From contig MFNK01000003.1 of the NCBI GenBank assembly GCA_001782045.1, forward strand, positions 26,070 to 90,069: a DNA stretch of 64,000 nt, given 5' to 3'. This document shows, piece by piece, positions 58,285 to 64,000 of the stretch. The notes below the pieces were generated by a model. The model saw only the letters and a list, made by a program, of their open reading frames with translations, was not told where the DNA came from and ran no database searches. A program made the position numbers and the translations under genes. Source of the DNA: Candidatus Levybacteria bacterium RIFCSPHIGHO2_01_FULL_36_15b (lineage in GTDB: Bacteria; Patescibacteriota; Microgenomatia; Levybacterales; UBA12049). Within the stretch, counting starts at the first letter, position 1; each line of letters opens with the position of its first letter.

Positions 58285-58342
58285 AAGGAAATTATAACAG
58301 AAGATTTATTCCAGTACTCCCAGGTAGCATATTTACTAATAT

Positions 58343-59107
58343 TTAGTAGGTTTCGTAGTAAATGGTTACGCCGACATTAATTGTATTTTCGCCTGGAGTG
58401 ATATTAGTTGGTTCCTGATCTAAAACTTCTCCTTTGTCACTGGCGCTAAGTGGATAAAAAGGAGGATTGTTGGTGCTTGATACTACATTTATGATTTTTC
58501 CAAGTCGCACTCCTGCAGCACTGGCTAGAATTTGAGCTTTTTCCTTGGCATTTTCAACAGCTTCTTTAGTAGCTTTCTCTTCCAAGTTTTTTTGCAACTC
58601 ATCACTAAAAGTAAAATTTACCCCACCTACCAAATTTGCTCCATCTTTAGTTGCTAAATCAATTACTTTATTTACATTTTCGATAGGTTTTATTTTTACT
58701 TCTATATTTTGTGTAACGCTATATCCCGATTGCCCGCCTCGCGTTGGCATAAGAGGTTGAATTTCGTAATTTGGATTTACGTTGTAATTAGTTGTTTTTA
58801 TATCTTTATCTAGAATGCCAAGTTTTTTTAAATCTGAAATCAATTTATTTGCGACCGTATTTGCCTGTTTTTGAGCTTCATCAACCGAAGATGCATTTTT
58901 AGTAACACCTACAGAAATTGTAGCCTCGTCTGGAACTGCCGTAGCCTCTCCTTCTCCACTGGAAGAAAAAAGATCGGTCTTTGTAGTATTTACGCTATTT
59001 ATATAAAAAGGAATTGGCCCGGCAAGTTTTGTATAGATAAAAAGAAGAATAAAAAAGCTTGCAATTATAGCTAGAGGTCGTTTAAGTTCTTCCCAAATGC
59101 TTCCCAT
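58343..59107 (-). CDS. SIMPL domain (DUF541) protein
   Basis: GEGEATAVPD, IKTTNYNVNPNY, AVENAKEKA..LA. Confidence 0.9.
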   Translation of the reverse strand: MGSIWEELKRPLAIIASFFILLFIYTKLAGPIPFYINSVNTTKTDLFSSSGEGEATAVPDEATISVGVTKNASSVDEAQKQANTVANKLISDLKKLGILDKDIKTTNYNVNPNYEIQPLMPTRGGQSGYSVTQNIEVKIKPIENVNKVIDLATKDGANLVGGVNFTFSDELQKNLEEKATKEAVENAKEKAQILASAAGVRLGKIINVVSSTNNPPFYPLSASDKGEVLDQEPTNITPGENTINVGVTIYYETY

Positions 59108-59110
59108 AAC

Positions 59111-59944
59111 TTATATTATATCAAATTGATGCTCGGCTGCTTCAACTAAATTTTTCATTAGCATTGTTACATTTACTGGTCCTACTCCGCCGGGAGTTGG
59201 AGAATAAAAGGATGCAATATTTTCAATTTCTGCTTCATCATAGTCTCCTTTTAGTTTTCCATCAACCGTATGCATTCCTACCCCGATTAAAATAACACCA
59301 CTTTTTAAATTTTTTACAGTAATTATTTTTTTGCCAACGCTTGATACAATAATATCTGATTTTTTTAAAATCATATCTTTGTCTTTAGTTTTACTGTCGA
59401 CAACTTGGGTTTTAATTTTCAGTTTTTTGAATAAGTTTATAATTGGACCACCTGCGGTAACACCCCTTCCTACCAGTGTAATTTTCTTTGACTTTAAAAA
59501 CTCGTAAATATTTTCATCAGAAAGAGTAGATTCTATTAGTTTTATAACGGCGAGTGCAACCGGAGAAGAAAATTTCGAATAAGGATGGAAGCCATCTACA
59601 TCCTTGGGAACGTATACAGACATCGAAATAGTTTCAAGATCAAGCTGTTTTGGTATAGGCCTTTGTATTATTACTCCTTGAATCTTATTATCGTTATTTA
59701 GTTTTTCAATTAGTTTATAAACAGTTTGAGCTTTTGTTTTTTCATTAAATCTTTTTATTGTTATTTTTGCTCCTATTTGACCGGCTCGAAGCATTTTTTG
59801 TTTTAAATAACTTTCAGTTTGGGAATCATTTCCGAAAGTAATAATATAGAGATGTGGAGTAGTTCCTTTTAATTTGAGTCTGTCTACTCTTTCTTTGAGC
59901 TGTTCAATGAGATTGCCTGCTATTATTTTGCCATCTATTTTCAT
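59111..59944 (-). CDS. folD: Methylenetetrahydrofolate dehydrogenase/cyclohydrolase
   Basis: IDGK, KDVDG, PGGVGP. Confidence 0.9.
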   Translation of the reverse strand: MKIDGKIIAGNLIEQLKERVDRLKLKGTTPHLYIITFGNDSQTESYLKQKMLRAGQIGAKITIKRFNEKTKAQTVYKLIEKLNNDNKIQGVIIQRPIPKQLDLETISMSVYVPKDVDGFHPYSKFSSPVALAVIKLIESTLSDENIYEFLKSKKITLVGRGVTAGGPIINLFKKLKIKTQVVDSKTKDKDMILKKSDIIVSSVGKKIITVKNLKSGVILIGVGMHTVDGKLKGDYDEAEIENIASFYSPTPGGVGPVNVTMLMKNLVEAAEHQFDII

Positions 59945-59956
59945 GGGTTTATTATA

Positions 59957-62425
59957 CTAGAATTCCTCGATGCAGGTGGCAGAGGCAACGCTATCGCCTT
60001 GTTTACTGAAGCGCATTATTATTACACCCTGTGTTGATCTTGAAAGTTTTGGAATTGAGTTAATATCCATTTTTACAATTTGTCCTTTTCGGGACGTTAC
60101 TATCAGCTCTTTTGCCTCCATTGGAATAACCTGAGTTGCTGCTATTTTTCCAGTTTTTTGAGTTACTTCGGCAACTTTTACTCCTTTTCCTCCTCTTCCT
60201 TGTTTTGGAAACTGGTCAATCGCGGTTTTCTTGCCGTATCCATTTTGCATAATTGTTAGAATAAATGGCTTATTTCCTTTTGTAACTATATCCATTTGTA
60301 TAACTTCGTCTTCTTTTCCAATAGAAATTCCCCTTACTCCCATTGTGTTTCTTCCCATTGGCCTAACCTGTTTTTCGTTAAACCTAATGCTTTTTCCGTT
60401 TCTTGTAAATAAGAAAATATCGTCATTGTCTGCCGTTAAATTGCTCCATACAAGCTCGTCTCCTTTTTCAAGTTTTATGGCCAATATTCCGCTTCTTCTA
60501 ATATTTTCAAATTCAGAGATTTTACTTTTCTTTATTGTTCCATTTCTTGTTGCAAGAGTTATGTAAGTAAAGTTGTCCTTTTTTCCGTAAGTTATAAAGG
60601 ATTCGACTTTTTCCCCTGCTTCTATATTTAATAAATTAACAATTGCTGTTCCCTTACTGGTTCTGCTACTTTCAGATATTTCGTAAACTTTGGTTTGGTA
60701 AACTTTTCCTTTATTTGTAAAGAATAATAAATTATCGTGAGTTTCGGCATAAGTAATATTTAGAATTGTGTCTTCTTCTTTTGTAGTCATTCCTATTATT
60801 CCCTTTCCCCCTCTTTGCTGAGTTTTAAAGCTTAAGGTTGATTGTCTTTTTATATATCCGGTGTCGGTTAGGGTTATAACCGTGGGTTCATTTTGAATTA
60901 AATCCTCTTCGGAAAATTCACCGACCTTTCCTTTAAACACTTTCGTTCTTCGCGCGTCGTTATACCTTTCTTTTAGTTTTATTAACTCGTCTTTTATAAC
61001 AGTTAGCATTTTTGCAGGGTGAGCAAGTAAGTCTTCCAAGTAGGCTATCGTTTCTTTAACCATTTTATATTCGTCTTCAATCTTTTGTCGCTCAAGGGCC
61101 GCTAGTCTTCGAAGCTGCATATCTAAAATTGCGGTTGCTTGAATTTCGGATAATTTAAACTTTGTCATCAAATTTTTCTTTGCCTCATCCTGATCACTGG
61201 AGGCCCGAATTGTTTTTATTACTGCGTCAATATTATCAACTGCAATTTTTAAACCCTCTAATATATGAAGCCTAGCCTGTGCTTGCTTAAGTTCAAATTC
61301 GCTTCTTCGTTTAACAACCAAATAGCGATGCTTCAAAAACTCTTCCAAAATTGTTTTTAAATTTAAAGTTTGGGGGGTTCCGTCAACTAAAGCAACAATA
61401 TTTGCAGGAAAAGTAGTTTGCAGGCTTGTTTGTTTAAATAAATTATTAAGAATTTTTTTAGGAGTTGCGTCTCTTTTTAGCTCTACTACTATTCTTATTC
61501 CGTGTCTGTCCGATTCATCCCTTAAATCTGAAATGCCGTCTATCTTTTTCTCTTTAGCAAGTTCCGCAATGCGCGCAACCAGTAACGCTTTATTGACCTG
61601 ATATGGTAGTTCGGTAATTATAATGGCTGATTTTCCTTGTCCGATATCTTCGATTTCTGCTTTTCCTCTAATTATTATTCTTCCTCGCCCGGTCGTATAA
61701 ACATTTTTTATTTCTGTCCAGTCGTAAATTGCTCCTGCAGTTGGAAAATCAGGGCCTTTAATAAATTCTAAAAGTTCATCAACCGTAACGTCGCTTTTAA
61801 TTGAAAATGGTTCAAGTTCTATTTTAGCCTTGCTAATTATATGAGCTATTCCATCAATTACCTCGCTTAGGTTGTGAGGCGGAATTTTGGTAGCCATACC
61901 AACGGCAATGCCCTCAGAACCCATAAGAAGAAGATTTGGTAGTAAGCTTGGTAAAAAAACGGGTTCTTTTAATCTTGCGTCAAAATTTGGAATATAATCT
62001 ACCGTTTCCTTTTCAATATCTAAAAGCATCTCCGTTGTAATTGCTGCCATTCTTGCCTCTGTATATCTCATTGCAGCAGGAGGATCTCCATCCATAGAAC
62101 CAAAATTCCCCTGCCCATCAATTAAGGGGTAACGCATAGAAAAGTCCTGCGCCATGCGAACTAGTGAATCGTATATAGGAACATCGCCGTGAGGATGATA
62201 TTTTCCCATTACTTCTCCAACAACAGTTGCACTTTTTGAATACTTGGCTGCATGAGTAAGTCCAATTTCATGCATGGCAAAAAGAATTCTTCTGTGAACC
62301 GGTTTTAATCCGTCTCTTACATCAGGAAGCGCGCGGGAAACGATAACGCTCATTGCGTAATCCAAATACGCACGTTTCATTTCTGTTGATATCTCAGTCT
62401 GTTGAAGTTTACCTATTTCAGCCAT
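59957..62425 (-). CDS. gyrA: DNA gyrase subunit A
   Basis: [22 protein letters not shown], GyrA-box QQRGGKG. Confidence 0.97.
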   Translation of the reverse strand: MAEIGKLQQTEISTEMKRAYLDYAMSVIVSRALPDVRDGLKPVHRRILFAMHEIGLTHAAKYSKSATVVGEVMGKYHPHGDVPIYDSLVRMAQDFSMRYPLIDGQGNFGSMDGDPPAAMRYTEARMAAITTEMLLDIEKETVDYIPNFDARLKEPVFLPSLLPNLLLMGSEGIAVGMATKIPPHNLSEVIDGIAHIISKAKIELEPFSIKSDVTVDELLEFIKGPDFPTAGAIYDWTEIKNVYTTGRGRIIIRGKAEIEDIGQGKSAIIITELPYQVNKALLVARIAELAKEKKIDGISDLRDESDRHGIRIVVELKRDATPKKILNNLFKQTSLQTTFPANIVALVDGTPQTLNLKTILEEFLKHRYLVVKRRSEFELKQAQARLHILEGLKIAVDNIDAVIKTIRASSDQDEAKKNLMTKFKLSEIQATAILDMQLRRLAALERQKIEDEYKMVKETIAYLEDLLAHPAKMLTVIKDELIKLKERYNDARRTKVFKGKVGEFSEEDLIQNEPTVITLTDTGYIKRQSTLSFKTQQRGGKGIIGMTTKEEDTILNITYAETHDNLLFFTNKGKVYQTKVYEISESSRTSKGTAIVNLLNIEAGEKVESFITYGKKDNFTYITLATRNGTIKKSKISEFENIRRSGILAIKLEKGDELVWSNLTADNDDIFLFTRNGKSIRFNEKQVRPMGRNTMGVRGISIGKEDEVIQMDIVTKGNKPFILTIMQNGYGKKTAIDQFPKQGRGGKGVKVAEVTQKTGKIAATQVIPMEAKELIVTSRKGQIVKMDINSIPKLSRSTQGVIIMRFSKQGDSVASATCIEEF

Positions 62426-62438
62426 GTCGTTTATGAGC

Positions 62439-62540
62439 GGGTCCTGCCGCTAGTTCCTTCCCGCCAGTGCTCACTCGAATATTTTCTTTCAGAAAATAGC
62501 TCATTCCGCGCTGTCAGGAGTCCTTCCCTTGCGTCACCCC
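62439..62540. repeat. ~105-bp structured intergenic repeat, copy B
   Basis: Homologous to 20156-20259. Confidence 0.85.
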
Positions 62541-62550
62541 CGCCTTTTAT

Positions 62551-64000
62551 TTACATAAGAAAGGAGGCGATCAAAAGAGCAACGATATTTAAAACCTTAA
62601 TCATTGGATTGATCGCAGGTCCTGCAGTATCTTTGTATGGATCGCCTACCGTATCTCCGGTTACGGCAGCTTGGTGAGCAAAGCTTCCCTTGCCCCCCAA
62701 GTTTCCTTCTTCTATATATTTCTTTGTGTTATCCCATGCGGCTCCGCCTGTTGTCATAGAAATAGCAATAAATAGTCCTGTTACAATACTTCCTATTAAA
62801 AGTCCTCCTAAGGCTTGCGCTCCAAGTAAAAATCCTACTGCAATAGGCGCAATTAATGTAATTGCAGCTGGTAAAATCATTTCCTTAATTGCTGCTTTTG
62901 TTACTATGTCTACTGCTTTTCCGTACTCAGGTTTTACTTTTCCGCTCATTAGCCCCTTTATTTCTCTAAATTGTCTTCTTACCTCATCTACTATCGAAAC
63001 ACTTGCCTTTCCTACTGCTTCCATCGCCAAGGCTGCAAATAAATACGGAAGTGCTCCTCCTATAAAAAGTCCTACCAAAACAGCAGGATCAGAAAGAGAA
63101 AATGCTACAGTAATGCCCTTTGCGCCTTTTGCTAACTCTTGTGTATAGCTTGCAAATAAAACTAAAGCGGCAAGTCCGGCACTTCCTATTGCATAAGCTT
63201 TTGTTACTGCTTTTGTCGTATTGCCTACTGCATCTAAAGGATCCGTAACGTCTCTTACTTTTTTGTCCAGTCCTGCCATTTCTGCAATTCCTCCCGCATT
63301 ATCTGTAATTGGTCCGAATGCATCAATTGCAACTATTATTCCTGCCAAGGAAAGCATGCTCATGGCTGCTGCTGCAACCCCATAAAGCCCGGCTAGTGTG
63401 TATGAAGCAAGTATTGCGCCCGCAATAAGAAGAATAGGCGCAAAAGTTGCCTTCATAGAAACTGCAAGACCTGCAATTACATTTGTTCCGTGTCCGGTTG
63501 AAGATGCATTTGCAATTGTTTTAACAGGAGAAAACTTTTTAGATGTAAAGTATTCTGTAATTACTACCATACCAATTGTTACACCAAGTCCAATAAGTAA
63601 GCAGTAAAAAAGATTTAAAGATGGAATTCCTAGTCCAGTTTGAAATACATAATTTGTCAAAAGCCAAAACCCACCTACAGAAACAAGTAGCGCGACAATT
63701 AATCCCTGATATAAGCCTTTCATAATAGAGTTTCCGGATATTTTTACAAACCAAGTCCCGACAATACTTGCAACTATAGAAACTGCGCCTATTAACATTG
63801 GAAAATATAAAATGCTTGTATTGTTTGGAAACAAAAGATTTCCTAAAATCATTGCAGCAACTGCGGTAATAACATAAGTTTCAAATAAATCTGCTGCCAT
63901 TCCGGCATCATCCCCCACGTTATCCCCTACTAAATCGGCAATTACCCCGGGGTTTCTTGGATCATCTTCCGGAATTCCTTTTTCTATTTTTCCAACCATG
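62551..64000 (-). CDS. hppA: Membrane H+-translocating pyrophosphatase, K+-independent type (5'-truncated)
   Basis: [32 protein letters not shown]. Confidence 0.93.
   Translation of the reverse strand, partial: MVGKIEKGIPEDDPRNPGVIADLVGDNVGDDAGMAADLFETYVITAVAAMILGNLLFPNNTSILYFPMLIGAVSIVASIVGTWFVKISGNSIMKGLYQGLIVALLVSVGGFWLLTNYVFQTGLGIPSLNLFYCLLIGLGVTIGMVVITEYFTSKKFSPVKTIANASSTGHGTNVIAGLAVSMKATFAPILLIAGAILASYTLAGLYGVAAAAMSMLSLAGIIVAIDAFGPITDNAGGIAEMAGLDKKVRDVTDPLDAVGNTTKAVTKAYAIGSAGLAALVLFASYTQELAKGAKGITVAFSLSDPAVLVGLFIGGALPYLFAALAMEAVGKASVSIVDEVRRQFREIKGLMSGKVKPEYGKAVDIVTKAAIKEMILPAAITLIAPIAVGFLLGAQALGGLLIGSIVTGLFIAISMTTGGAAWDNTKKYIEEGNLGGKGSFAHQAAVTGDTVGDPYKDTAGPAINPMIKVLNIVALLIASFLM

Noticed and set aside
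1-64000. Numerous antisense or overlapping ORFs in the ORF track (e.g. 14-412, 31095-31496, 62690-63148)
   Set aside because: They are shadows of well-supported genes and have no motifs or initiation signals.
1-64000. Alternative genetic code (TGA=Gly as in Gracilibacteria/SR1)
   Set aside because: Conserved genes are uninterrupted under code 11, and TGA ends ORFs at ATGA overlaps.

Overview
AT-rich, gene-dense bacterial chromosome segment using genetic code 11. The gene content and layout (stand-alone split transketolase, shortened PrfA/CysRS/YchF, many leaderless genes, H+-PPase) suggest a Patescibacteria/CPR genome, probably Microgenomates; this is an inference. Most of the window is housekeeping (frr, rseP, gdhA, proS, rpsU, ybeY, dnaX, ybaB, prs, recR, cysS, ychF, rpsF-ssb-rpsR, murB, prfA, rpmE, hisS, dnaB, tRNA-Leu(CAA), efp, yebC, murI, xerC-like, folD, gyrA, hppA), with accessory single genes in between. 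Four things stand out. (1) An accessory island at 25.5-28.1 kb sits between duplicated halves of one sigma70 promoter. Its core is a wHTH protein plus a wHTH-HEPN(Ymh/TIGR02391-like) protein, and removing the core at a shared AAG gives a perfect TTGACA-17bp-TATAAT promoter. (2) A two-gene operon encodes a triple winged-helix protein and an atypical GHKL/MORC-like ATPase. (3) An 820-bp non-coding region holds a dif-like site, is bounded by 13-bp inverted repeats and lies at a gene-orientation switch near the Xer gene. (4) Several small structured repeat families occur, including a ~105-bp element present twice, REP-like hairpins and 7-bp tandem repeats, some inserted in frame in core genes. All family assignments come from motif recognition by eye; no database searches were run.
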